A stretch of DNA of 32,000 nucleotides from Nitrosopumilus sp. (GTDB lineage Archaea; Thermoproteota; Nitrososphaeria; Nitrososphaerales; Nitrosopumilaceae), in the NCBI GenBank assembly GCA_965224195.1, contig OZ245040.1, positions 287,312 to 319,311 on the forward strand, in the 5' to 3' direction. Shown piece by piece: positions 18,491 to 28,375 of this stretch. The first letter of the stretch is position 1. Each line of letters starts with the position of its first letter. The notes under the pieces are model-generated. The model saw only the letters and a list, made by a program, of their open reading frames with translations. It made no database searches and was not told the DNA's origin. The translations under genes were made by a program, and so were the position numbers.

Positions 18491-19486
18491 TTGATCATAA
18501 TAGATGAAGCAAGGATTTTCAAAGAAATAGACGATAAAAAACCAGCATCAGTTTCATTAAATGGCCCAGATGGTATGTTACCTCAAGTCCAAGATATGGC
18601 AATTAAAATTTCATCAAAGTATGGAATACCAGCGTATATTTTAGCAGATACTACATGGGGAACTTGTGATTTGAATACAACAGGTTCAAAAATACTAGGG
18701 GCAGAAATTCAATTTAACATTGGACATACAATTAATACAGAATCATTAGAAAAAAATTTAGTTTTAATTGATGCTTTTGATGATGTTGGATTTGATAGCG
18801 TTGCAGAGCAATGTACAGATCTTTTAAAAGGAAAATTAATTTCACTTGTTACAGACAGTCAACATTTACATCAAATGGATAGAGTTGAAAAAATTTTAAT
18901 AAAAAATGGAATTAAAGTGAAAATTGGAAAAGGTAAAGGACAGTTAAATGACGGTCAAGTATTTGGTTGTGAATTTTATCCTGCAACAGAACTAAAAAAA
19001 GAAGTTGATGCCTATGTATTTTTAGGACAAAGTAATTTTCATGCAGCAGGGATTGCATTATCTACAAATTTGCCAACATTTGTTTTGGATCCTTATTTTA
19101 ATGAAGTAAGAGAAGTAACAGAATTTGCACGTTCGCTAAAAAAGAAAGCATCTCTAGCAATATTCAAAGCTGCTGAAGCAAAATCATTTGGAATAATTAT
19201 CGGATTAAAAGAGGGACAATTATCAAAAGTGTTTGGATTAAAATTTAAGAAAGAATTAGAAAAAGAAGGAAAATCAGTGCAGTTATTTGCACTTACAGAT
19301 ATTACAAATGAACGATTAAACAATCTTAGAGGAATTGATGCATTTATTCAAGTTGCCTGCCCAAGAATTTCTACAGATAATCAATTTGACAAACCTGTAT
19401 TGTCCACCCCACAGGCTAATGCACTTCTAAAAGTTTTACGAAAAGAAAGTATTGGTAAATATTTAGAAATTCCACATTGGTTATAA
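18491..19486 (+). CDS. dph2: Diphthamide biosynthesis protein (2-(3-amino-3-carboxypropyl)histidine synthase), TTG start
   Basis: ILADTTWGTCDLN, VFGCEFYPA, VACPRISTDN carry the three Fe-S cysteines; LSTNLPTFVLDPY. Confidence 0.93.
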   Translation: MIIIDEARIFKEIDDKKPASVSLNGPDGMLPQVQDMAIKISSKYGIPAYILADTTWGTCDLNTTGSKILGAEIQFNIGHTINTESLEKNLVLIDAFDDVGFDSVAEQCTDLLKGKLISLVTDSQHLHQMDRVEKILIKNGIKVKIGKGKGQLNDGQVFGCEFYPATELKKEVDAYVFLGQSNFHAAGIALSTNLPTFVLDPYFNEVREVTEFARSLKKKASLAIFKAAEAKSFGIIIGLKEGQLSKVFGLKFKKELEKEGKSVQLFALTDITNERLNNLRGIDAFIQVACPRISTDNQFDKPVLSTPQANALLKVLRKESIGKYLEIPHWL

Positions 19487-20086
19487 TTATAAAATTAAAT
19501 TTTTAAATCTAGCATTATTGGATAATTTTTCAAATATTTTTGATTTTTTAGCTTTTATTTTATATTGTATTCCTTGAGAAATAGCACGTTCAAGCAAATC
19601 TAACGCTTCTTCATTTTTAGACAACATTACAAAACTACAAGATTTATCAAATAAAACATCTGCATTATCAGGATAGTTATCTAAAATTCGATTACAACAT
19701 TCAATAGATTCATCATAATTTTCCATAGAAAATAAAATTCGCTCTTTATGATACAATGCTATATTATATTTTGAATTATTATCGAGTATGATATTGCATA
19801 TGTATAATGCATCTACAAATTTCTCTTGTTTACGAAATGAAGAAACTTTGTTAACTAATAGTGAAAGATCATCTGGAGAACTCTCTAAAGCAGCATCATA
19901 GCATTTTATTGCATTATCAAAATCTTTTAGTTTACTAAGAGCATATCCCTTATTGTTAAGAGAGCTTACATGTTGAGGGTTTTCATCTAGAATTTTATCA
20001 TAATACGTAATGGCTTCACGCAATTTACCTGTTAAAAACAGTCTATTGGCTTCATCTAAAATTGAATTTATTTTTGGATCTTCCAT
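19487..20086 (-). CDS. Tetratricopeptide-repeat protein
   Basis: Tandem TPR units, e.g. REAITYYDKILDENPQHVSSLNNKGYALSKLKDFDNAIKCYDAALE. Confidence 0.85.
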   Translation of the reverse strand: MEDPKINSILDEANRLFLTGKLREAITYYDKILDENPQHVSSLNNKGYALSKLKDFDNAIKCYDAALESSPDDLSLLVNKVSSFRKQEKFVDALYICNIILDNNSKYNIALYHKERILFSMENYDESIECCNRILDNYPDNADVLFDKSCSFVMLSKNEEALDLLERAISQGIQYKIKAKKSKIFEKLSNNARFKNLIL

Positions 20087-20087
20087 A

Positions 20088-21167
20088 TCATAGAGATCCA
20101 GGTTTGATTAAGATTTTTCCAAAAAGACCTTTACCTTTGAGCATTTTTGTATGAGCATCAGCAGCTTCTTCTAATGAATATACAGAATCAATAACAGACT
20201 TGATTTTGCCTTGTGACATCCAATACAGACCTTGTTCTAATTCGGTTCTAGTTCCTTGAGTGGAACCCAAAATATTGATGCCTTTAAAGAAAATATGACG
20301 TAAATCAGTCTTAGCATCATATCCTGTTGTGGCACCGGTTGTTACAATAGTTCCTCCGTAATTTAGTAAAGTAAGTTCTTTGTTCCAATGAGAACCACCA
20401 ATGTGTTCAAAAATAACATCAACCCCAGTTACATCTCCCAAAGGTTTGGGAATTTTTTTGGCAATTGATCTTACTTCTTTATGCCAATCTTCTTTTCTAT
20501 GATCTACAGCATAATCAGCACCAAGTTCCAATAATTTATCTAATTTATCAGGACTGGCAGTAGCAATTACAGTACATCCAAAAAGTTTTGCAATTTGTAT
20601 TCCATAATTTCCAACACCAGAACTACCTCCCATTATCAAGACAACTTGTCCTGGTTGAATTTTTGCTCTACCAATTAACATATGCCATGAAGTTAACAAA
20701 GTCATTGATGCAGCAGCTGCTTCATCATATGAAACACCTTCCGGGATTTTTATAACATTAATTTCTGGAAGATGTGTAAATTCACAATAACCACCCCAAA
20801 GAGGACCGGTTTCAAAACCCCAAATAGTTCGTTTTCTACAATCAAATTCTCTCCCAGCAGTACACGCTTTACAAACTCTACATGACATATTTCCATGTGA
20901 TACAACCCTATCACCAACTTTGATAGTTTTAACATCGCTACCAATAGCTGTTACCTCACCGGCAGCATCAGTTCCAGAAATATGTGGTAATGGAATTGCT
21001 AATGGTTTACCTCTCATTCCCCATATATCATCATAATTAAGAGCAGCTGTTTCTACTTTGATTATAACTTCATTAGATTTTGGTTCAGGTATAGGAATGT
21101 CTTTAATTCGTAAGATTTTAGAAAAATCATCATCATCAGTATATTGATCATATACTAGGGCTTTCAT
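20088..21167 (-). CDS. Zinc-binding medium-chain alcohol dehydrogenase family protein
   Basis: HISGTDAAGEVTAIGSDVKTIKVGDRVVSH; CRVCKACTAGREFDC; VLIMGGSSGVGNYGIQIAKLFG. Confidence 0.9.
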   Translation of the reverse strand: MKALVYDQYTDDDDFSKILRIKDIPIPEPKSNEVIIKVETAALNYDDIWGMRGKPLAIPLPHISGTDAAGEVTAIGSDVKTIKVGDRVVSHGNMSCRVCKACTAGREFDCRKRTIWGFETGPLWGGYCEFTHLPEINVIKIPEGVSYDEAAAASMTLLTSWHMLIGRAKIQPGQVVLIMGGSSGVGNYGIQIAKLFGCTVIATASPDKLDKLLELGADYAVDHRKEDWHKEVRSIAKKIPKPLGDVTGVDVIFEHIGGSHWNKELTLLNYGGTIVTTGATTGYDAKTDLRHIFFKGINILGSTQGTRTELEQGLYWMSQGKIKSVIDSVYSLEEAADAHTKMLKGKGLFGKILIKPGSL

Positions 21168-21254
21168 GATTTTTATCTAATTTTTGAAGATATATGATTT
21201 ATCCAGATCCATCAAATCACAAACAATTATAATCATAAATACAAAATTCTCTAT

Positions 21255-21806
21255 ATGTCTGAAAATGCAATATTTCCAGGTGACAAAATAGCATCTATTG
21301 AAGAATATGAGGCAGGAAATAACGCTTTTGATGACGGTGACATGGTTAGAGCAGCAACAATTGGAGAAAAATGCATTGACAAGGAATCACGAACTGTAAA
21401 TGTAAAACATCCAAAACTTCTATCAATTCCAAAAGTAGGAGACATCATTATTGGGACAGTAGCTGCAGTTATGTCATCAATGATTGCAGTTTCAATTGAT
21501 TACATTAATGGTAAACCTACAACATCAAAAGTAGAATGTATTTGTGGAACACGAAATTTAAGAATAAGAAATGTTGCGTTAGTAAATGATATAGTTACGC
21601 TAAAAATCCTTAATCATCTTAATGGTACTATTCATGCATCTATTAGTGAACCCAATTTAGGGATTTTATTTACAAAATGTAGAAAATGTGGCGGTAAAGT
21701 TATTCCAATGCGTGATGCAATAAAATGTACAGATTGTGCATGGATTGATGAAAGAAAACTTTCTGCAAACTTTGGAAATAGTGACTTCGTAAATTTAAGA
21801 GATTAA
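21255..21806 (+). CDS. csl4: Exosome complex subunit Csl4
   Basis: IFPGDKIASIEEYEAGNNAFDDGDMVRAATIG; central S1-like domain; C-terminal zinc ribbon CRKCGGKVIPMRDAIKCTDC. Confidence 0.9.
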   Translation: MSENAIFPGDKIASIEEYEAGNNAFDDGDMVRAATIGEKCIDKESRTVNVKHPKLLSIPKVGDIIIGTVAAVMSSMIAVSIDYINGKPTTSKVECICGTRNLRIRNVALVNDIVTLKILNHLNGTIHASISEPNLGILFTKCRKCGGKVIPMRDAIKCTDCAWIDERKLSANFGNSDFVNLRD

Positions 21807-21809
21807 AAA

Positions 21810-22625
21810 ATGATTTATGTTTCGTTCCAAGGCGAACGAGGTGCTTATAGTGAAGCAGCAGCAAAATCATTTTTCAATGAACAAATTGAAACAGTACCTC
21901 AAACTACATTTGCAGAAATATTAGATAATACTTCAAATGATAAAACACAATATTCAGTTTTACCAGTGGAGAATTCTTTGGAAGGAAGTGTTGGTGAAAG
22001 TTATGATTTATTGTATTCAACATCTCTAAATGCAACAGGTGAAATCTATCATAGAATAGAACACTGCTTAATTGGAACTGGTGAAATTAACGAAATAGAT
22101 ACAGTGTATTCACACCCTCAAGCTTTAGGTCAATGTAGAAAATTTATCGAAGAACACAACATGAAAACAATTCCAGCGTATGATACTGCTGGAAGTGTAA
22201 AGATGATAAAAGAATTAAACAAAGATAATTGTGCATGTATTGCAAGTAAAGAGGCTGCAAAAATATACAACATGCCTATAATTTTAGATAATATTGCAAA
22301 TAATCTCAATAACTATACAAGATTTTTGATTCTATCAAAAGAGAATAATTCTGAAACGGAGAATGATAAAACATCAATAATTTTTTCAATAAAACATGAA
22401 CCTGGTTCTTTATTTAGAATAATAGAGAATTTTCATAAAAATAACGTTAATCTAACTAAGATAGAATCTAGACCAACTAAAGCAAATACTTGGGAATATA
22501 ATTTCTACGTAGATTTTGAAGGGCATCAAAGTAATTCTAAAATTTTAGAAATGCTAGATATAATAAAACAAGATACATTATTTATGAAAATTTTAGGATC
22601 TTATCCTTCTGCAAAATTAAACTAG
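21810..22625 (+). CDS. pheA: Prephenate dehydratase with ACT domain
   Basis: VSFQGERGAYSEAAAKSFF; SVLPVENSLEGSVGESYDLL; NNYTRFLILSK; IFSIKHEPGSLFRIIENFHKNNVNLTKIESRPTK. Confidence 0.95.
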   Translation: MIYVSFQGERGAYSEAAAKSFFNEQIETVPQTTFAEILDNTSNDKTQYSVLPVENSLEGSVGESYDLLYSTSLNATGEIYHRIEHCLIGTGEINEIDTVYSHPQALGQCRKFIEEHNMKTIPAYDTAGSVKMIKELNKDNCACIASKEAAKIYNMPIILDNIANNLNNYTRFLILSKENNSETENDKTSIIFSIKHEPGSLFRIIENFHKNNVNLTKIESRPTKANTWEYNFYVDFEGHQSNSKILEMLDIIKQDTLFMKILGSYPSAKLN

Positions 22626-23089
22626 AAACCTTTAGGTTTTCTTAAAGTAAAACCCATACTAAATCCAATAATTACCACCCCAGAGGTTATCACCATAAGA
22701 TCAAAGGTAAACCAAATAGGATCAGAAGTTCTAATTAATTCTCCAGTTATAAATAATTCAGAATTGCCTGTATTTTGAATTAAGATTTTTGTTTCACCAT
22801 CTATAAGATGAACCCATTCTAAGGACAATTCGTTTTTGTATGAAGTATTTGGAATTTGTAATCCATCTCCAGGACTTGCAAGCTTAAGATCAAAAGCATC
22901 GCCAACAATATCCATTCTTTGAGATGCATGAGCAGTAGCAGGAATTGTATATGGTATTGTATCTCCAACTCCTAATTCATAGTCTTCATGAATTGTAATT
23001 GGGCCAATATGAGTAAACAAAGAATATCCACCTATAGCAATTATTGCACTTCCAACTATAAGACCAATAATAGTTCTTTTAGAAAGCAT
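22622..23089 (-). CDS. Hypothetical membrane protein with N- and C-terminal TM segments
   Basis: Intact 155-aa ORF overlapping the pheA stop by 4 nt; hydrophobic N-terminus and C-terminal TM. Confidence 0.7.
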   Translation of the reverse strand: MLSKRTIIGLIVGSAIIAIGGYSLFTHIGPITIHEDYELGVGDTIPYTIPATAHASQRMDIVGDAFDLKLASPGDGLQIPNTSYKNELSLEWVHLIDGETKILIQNTGNSELFITGELIRTSDPIWFTFDLMVITSGVVIIGFSMGFTLRKPKGF

Positions 23090-23232
23090 GATGAAATTAT
23101 TTTAGATACTGTTTAAAAAATTACCGGCTACATAGTAAGACTATTTCATGAATTAACTGAAAAAATTCAATATCTGAAAATATTGAAGAAAATATTAAAG
23201 TAATTATATTTTATTTTCATGATTCAAAAAAA

Positions 23233-24609
23233 CTATTGAGAATAGAAATGATTCCAACAATAAAATAATCCTCGTTTATAAATACTGCCTACACGATCAT
23301 AAATTAAATGACATCCAAGATCAGCATTACTCCAATGTGCTTTTTTTGGTCCATTCAATAACCATTTTAACAATCTACCATCCAATGAAATAGTCATATA
23401 TTGTTCATAATTTGCTATGTCACTTTGAGATATTTTTTGAAATCCTTGACCATTACAACTTATAGCAATAATCAAATTATTATTATTCATATCAACAATT
23501 TTTAAAATTATAACAGAATTTGAAACCCAATTAATCTTCTTTCGAATTTTTTCAAAATTTTCATATGATTTTGGAATTAAATCCAATATTTCTGAAGCAG
23601 AAGGGATAGATTCATGTTCATAAGGAAATTTTTTCTTAGAAAGAATGTCATCAACATATTTTTGTTTTTTATTTTTATCAATGGAAACATAATTTTTATT
23701 AATTTTTCCAGTATCAATATCAAACCAACAATTATTATTCATAATGATTCCTTTATTTTTATCAGATTGAATATTAGAACATAACCACTGAAATGCATCT
23801 TCCAATTCGGGTTCTCCACGGTATGAATTGAGAATTGAATTTTTACCACATAGTGTATAACGACCTGCAAATGGGATATAGTAACTTGGTTGTAATAATT
23901 CAATATATTTTTTTGATGTTTCAAGTTTAGCAAGTTGTTTTTTTATAGATTCTTGTTTTTTTATATCATCAGATAAATTGTAACAGTGGGGCCAAGACGA
24001 AGCTGCAACATAACCAACAAGTAAAACATCAATTTTACCATATACTAATTTAATTAGAGATGCAGTATTTTTTGCAATATCAAATGGACAATCATTCGTG
24101 TTTACAATTACTTGTTTTTCATTATCAAATACAGCCATAGTATCAATTTGAGTCGTTTTGAATTTATCTTCGGCTAAACCACAACCCATAATTTGACCAC
24201 AGATAGTAGGATCACAATTATCTGCAGCCATTATGTTAACATAAAAGTGATTTTTTAACTGTAATCTTATTCCATGTTCCAATTCAATTGTTTTAAAACC
24301 AAAACTTTCAATTTTATTTTTAAGGAATTTTTCAGGGAAGTTATGTATCAATACAGGAATATTTTTATTTAGTTTAGAAAGAGTTTTTGCAGAACAGTGA
24401 TCAGGATGAATGTGACTTACATAAATAAAATCAACATCATCAAAATTATTGGGATTGAAATCATATGGCGGATATATTGCCCAAGAACCTAGATATTCTT
24501 CACCATCAAGCCAAGGATCACATAAAATTTTAATTTTAGAATCTCCAATGCTATCTTCAATCGTAATAGATGCAGAATTAAGTTGAGTGATTTTCATACA
24601 AATGTACAA
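23233..24609 (-). CDS. MBL-fold (UlaG/CMAH-like) metallohydrolase
   Basis: ILCDPWLDGEEYLGSWAIYPPYDF, FIYVSHIHPDHCSAKTL, VNTNDCPFD, YYIPFAGRYTLCG. Start probably at MKITQL inside the ORF. Confidence 0.8.
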   Translation of the reverse strand: MYICMKITQLNSASITIEDSIGDSKIKILCDPWLDGEEYLGSWAIYPPYDFNPNNFDDVDFIYVSHIHPDHCSAKTLSKLNKNIPVLIHNFPEKFLKNKIESFGFKTIELEHGIRLQLKNHFYVNIMAADNCDPTICGQIMGCGLAEDKFKTTQIDTMAVFDNEKQVIVNTNDCPFDIAKNTASLIKLVYGKIDVLLVGYVAASSWPHCYNLSDDIKKQESIKKQLAKLETSKKYIELLQPSYYIPFAGRYTLCGKNSILNSYRGEPELEDAFQWLCSNIQSDKNKGIIMNNNCWFDIDTGKINKNYVSIDKNKKQKYVDDILSKKKFPYEHESIPSASEILDLIPKSYENFEKIRKKINWVSNSVIILKIVDMNNNNLIIAISCNGQGFQKISQSDIANYEQYMTISLDGRLLKWLLNGPKKAHWSNADLGCHLIYDRVGSIYKRGLFYCWNHFYSQ

Positions 24610-24667
24610 AAAACAGAGTATCTATTAAAATTCTTCATTGTATAATTAAATTTTAAACTCTAAACAT

Positions 24668-26098
24668 CTACATTAAAGAAACATCATGAGGTTGACTTTC
24701 GGCAAACCCTGCTCTTGACATTTTAATAAATTCAGCATTTTCTTGCATTTGTGGAATTGTGTGAGCACCACAATAACTCAAACCAGAACGTACACCGCCT
24801 GTTATTTGTTTTAAAATATCAGTTACGGTTCCTTTGTATGGAACCATTGCTTCAACACCTTCTGCAACATAGTCATTAAGATCATCATCAAGAGACATTG
24901 AACCTGTTTCTTTAGATTTTCTTCCTATAGATGCAGCTAGTGATGCCATACCACGATAAACTTTGAATCGTTTTCCATTTTTAGTTAAAACTGTACCAGG
25001 TGATTCATCAGTTCCACCAAGCATACTACCAACCATTACTGTTGAAGCGCCAGAAGCTAATGCTTTAGTTGCATCACCTGAAGTTCTAGTTCCACCATCA
25101 GAAATTATTGGAATTCCATAATCCTTACCAATTTTGGCACAATCCATTACTGCAGTTAGTTGTGGAACCCCAGAACCTGTAATTACTCTAGTAATACAAA
25201 TTGAACCAGAACCTACACCTACCTTTACAGCATCTACACCTGCTTTAATCAAATCTTCAGCTCCTTGAGCGGTTGCAATGTTTCCTGCAATTAATTCACA
25301 GTTTAGAAATGCTTTTTTGATGTTACGAACTGTACTGATTGCATTTTCACTATGTCCATGAGCAATATCTACAACAAGTACATCTGCACCTGCTTCCAAA
25401 AGAGATTCACTTCTTTCTAAAAAGTCACCTTTAACTCCAACTGCGGCACCAACTAGTGGTCTACCTTTCTTATCTTTAGATGCATTTGGAAAATCAGCAT
25501 TATTTATGATATCTTTACTTGTAATCAAACCTTTGATAAGACCAGAATCATCAACAATAGGTAATTTTTCAATTCTATGTTTGTGCAAAATTTCTTTAGA
25601 TTCATCTAATGTAACTCCAAGTTTTGCAGTTACAACATCTTTTGTCATCACATCTTGAATTTTACTAGTTTTATTTGCAAATAATAAATCCCTTTCAGTC
25701 ACTATTCCAATTAATTTTGAAGTAGAATCAACAACTAATAGACCTGAAATGTCTTTATCTTGTGCATAATCTAAAGCATCTTCAATGGATTTATCTGCAG
25801 TAATTGAGTATGGGTTTTCAATCATTACACTGCCTGATCTTTTAACTTTGAGAACTTCGTTTGCTTGTTCCTTAATAGTCAAAAATCTATGAATTATTCC
25901 AATTCCTCCAGCCCGAGCCATAGCACCAGCCATTGAGGATTCAGTTACAGTATCCATATTTGCACTCACAAAAGGAATGTTAATTGTAATATTTTGTGAT
26001 AATTTTGTAGACAGATCTGTCTGACTTCTACTTGTAATATCAGAATATTTGGGTACAAGAAGAACGTCGTCAAATGTTAATCCTTCTTTGAATTCCAA
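24668..26098 (-). CDS. guaB: IMP dehydrogenase with CBS domains
   Basis: [16 protein letters not shown]; [10 protein letters not shown]; [28 protein letters not shown]; YRGMASLAA. Confidence 0.97.
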   Translation of the reverse strand: MEFKEGLTFDDVLLVPKYSDITSRSQTDLSTKLSQNITINIPFVSANMDTVTESSMAGAMARAGGIGIIHRFLTIKEQANEVLKVKRSGSVMIENPYSITADKSIEDALDYAQDKDISGLLVVDSTSKLIGIVTERDLLFANKTSKIQDVMTKDVVTAKLGVTLDESKEILHKHRIEKLPIVDDSGLIKGLITSKDIINNADFPNASKDKKGRPLVGAAVGVKGDFLERSESLLEAGADVLVVDIAHGHSENAISTVRNIKKAFLNCELIAGNIATAQGAEDLIKAGVDAVKVGVGSGSICITRVITGSGVPQLTAVMDCAKIGKDYGIPIISDGGTRTSGDATKALASGASTVMVGSMLGGTDESPGTVLTKNGKRFKVYRGMASLAASIGRKSKETGSMSLDDDLNDYVAEGVEAMVPYKGTVTDILKQITGGVRSGLSYCGAHTIPQMQENAEFIKMSRAGFAESQPHDVSLM

Positions 26099-26143
26099 TG
26101 AAACCTTGTTAAGAAAGTAAAATATTGATTATAAGCCTTTGTG

Positions 26144-27007
26144 TTATTTTGATAATTTAGAAGCGATCGTTACTGCATCTTTAGTTACCTCTACATTATG
26201 AGTACGAATAATATCAGCACCATTCATTACAGACACTACTTCTGCAGAAATCGAGCCAAATAATCGATCATTTGGATTTTCTTTTCCCAAAATTTTCCCT
26301 ATGAATGATTTGTTTGAAACAGAGATCAGAATGGAATAATTTTTCTTAATAGAATTTAGATTTTTTAATATACATAGATCTCGTTCTAACCAATCTGATT
26401 TAATTTTTGTAAAAAATGGTCCCTTTCCTGTTTTTCTAAAAAACCCAATAGCAGGATCTAATACAATTTTTTCAGAAGAAATGTATGATTTTTTTGCAAT
26501 CTTTATGCTATCTTGAAGTAATTTTTTAGTTGCCGTTATAGTATTACCAGAAATAGGTTTTGGACTATATGCACATAAAATTAAAGATGGATTGTATTCA
26601 GAAATAACCTCTTTCATATTTTTATCATATTTTAATCCAGAAATATCATTAATAATGTCAACACCATATTCTAAAGCATCTTTTGCAACTTTTGCTCTAC
26701 AAGTATCTACAGATATTGGAAGATTTGTAGAATTTTGAATTATATTAATTGCATTTTGAATTCTTTTTGATTCTATTTTTTCTGAAACTGATGTAGACAG
26801 ATATGGTGCAGTAGACATTCCTCCAACATCAATAAAATCAGCACCTTGATCTTCCATTAGTTTAGCAGTATCTTTTATCAGAGATTTACTAGTATTAACA
26901 GACTTTTTGTAAAATGATTCAGGACTAGTGTTCAGAATTCCCATTATTCGCACCGGATTCTTTCCACCTACATCTACATTCCCAATTTTTGTCACATGGT
27001 TTATCAA
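26144..27007 (-). CDS. Dihydropteroate synthase family protein
   Basis: VRIMGILNTSPESFYK; GADFIDVGGMSTAPY; PISVDTCRAKVAKDALEYGVDIINDISG; DPAIGF. Confidence 0.88.
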   Translation of the reverse strand: MINHVTKIGNVDVGGKNPVRIMGILNTSPESFYKKSVNTSKSLIKDTAKLMEDQGADFIDVGGMSTAPYLSTSVSEKIESKRIQNAINIIQNSTNLPISVDTCRAKVAKDALEYGVDIINDISGLKYDKNMKEVISEYNPSLILCAYSPKPISGNTITATKKLLQDSIKIAKKSYISSEKIVLDPAIGFFRKTGKGPFFTKIKSDWLERDLCILKNLNSIKKNYSILISVSNKSFIGKILGKENPNDRLFGSISAEVVSVMNGADIIRTHNVEVTKDAVTIASKLSK

Positions 27008-27019
27008 ATCTAATACAAT

Positions 27020-27766
27020 TTGAGTGATATGATGATTTTAGGTTGGAAAAAGAGATACTATGAGATTTTAAAAGAGTTCAAGTATAGTCAAAAAAAGGAC
27101 AAAGAATCATCCATTGTTTTAAATTCAATTTTAAAAAAAACTAATGTTAACAAAAAAATCATTGATTTAATCAAAGGGAAAACAGTTTTGATAATTGGTT
27201 CTGGACCATCTTTAGCATCAGCCATTCCAAAGTTAAAAAATTATAAAAAAATAGTCAAAATTGCTGCAGACAGTTCAATAAAACTACTAGTAACAAATGA
27301 GATCATACCAGACATCATTGTGACAGATTTAGATGGAGATCTAAAAATGCTTGAAAAAATTGGAAAAACTAACTCAATCTTTGTTGTACATGCACATGGG
27401 GATAACATTGAAAAATTAGATTTTGTAAAAAAATTTAAAAATTGTATTGGAACAACCCAATCTACACCTTTTGATAAAATAGAAAACTACGGAGGTTTTA
27501 CAGATGGAGATAGAGGAGTTTTTCTAGCAAATCATTTTCAAGCAAAAAAAATTATTTTGATGGGAATGGATTTTGGAGATCGAATTGGAAAATATTCAGA
27601 AACTAGAAGATCAGATAGAAAAATAAAATTGATGAAATTAAAAAGAGGTGAATCTCTTTTGAAATGGCTATCATCCTTTACAAAGGCAGAATTGTTTACC
27701 ACGTCAAAGTCAATTGCAGGGTTTAAAAAAATATCATACAAAGAACTGGATATTATAATTACCTAG
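27020..27766 (+). CDS. mptE: Archaeal 6-hydroxymethylpterin pyrophosphokinase-like protein
   Basis: VLIIGSGPSLASAIPKLK; DIIVTDLDGDL; FVVHAHGDN; GGFTDGDRGVFLANHFQAKKIILMGMDFG. Confidence 0.88.
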   Translation: MSDMMILGWKKRYYEILKEFKYSQKKDKESSIVLNSILKKTNVNKKIIDLIKGKTVLIIGSGPSLASAIPKLKNYKKIVKIAADSSIKLLVTNEIIPDIIVTDLDGDLKMLEKIGKTNSIFVVHAHGDNIEKLDFVKKFKNCIGTTQSTPFDKIENYGGFTDGDRGVFLANHFQAKKIILMGMDFGDRIGKYSETRRSDRKIKLMKLKRGESLLKWLSSFTKAELFTTSKSIAGFKKISYKELDIIIT

Positions 27767-27801
27767 AATGCATTTAATACCCATTCCTCATTAATCAAAT
27801 T

Positions 27802-28371
27802 ATGAAATTCTCAGAGGAGCAAATAAAAGAAATTGTTGCTTTGAAAGAAAGTTTGATCGAACAAATTGACAAACATCAGGAAGGAATAGAGATGTTAGAA
27901 AAAAATATCACAGTTTTAGACTTGTTTCTAAAAGACTCTAGTTTTATCAAGGCATCTCAATTAGAAATAAAAAAAGAAGTTGAACCAAAACCTAAGATTG
28001 TAGAAAAACCAATAGAAAATTCAATTCCAATTAAAAGAGTCAATGATGGCAAGATTATTGCCAACGCTTTTGTCACACCAGATCAGATCTCCATAGTTTT
28101 AGATAATGAAATTATAATTAATGCAGATACTCCACCGTTTAAATCATTCTTTTTAGATAGAATAATTGGTGAAATGAAAAAGAAAGATGTTGCTGAAGCA
28201 GAAAATGGAAAAATCCAAAAAGAATCAGTGATAGATTATATTGTAAATAAAAATGGGGCAGACATTAGAGAAATTATAATTAAAAATTATAGACAAAAAG
28301 AAAGAGTTAATGAATTAATTAACACAGCAGGCTGGTCATTAACTAGAATGCTTGAGAACATAAACAAGTGA
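27802..28371 (+). CDS. Conserved hypothetical protein, coiled-coil N-terminus
   Basis: Intact 189-aa ORF immediately upstream of guaA. Confidence 0.75.
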   Translation: MKFSEEQIKEIVALKESLIEQIDKHQEGIEMLEKNITVLDLFLKDSSFIKASQLEIKKEVEPKPKIVEKPIENSIPIKRVNDGKIIANAFVTPDQISIVLDNEIIINADTPPFKSFFLDRIIGEMKKKDVAEAENGKIQKESVIDYIVNKNGADIREIIIKNYRQKERVNELINTAGWSLTRMLENINK

Positions 28372-28375
28372 TAGT

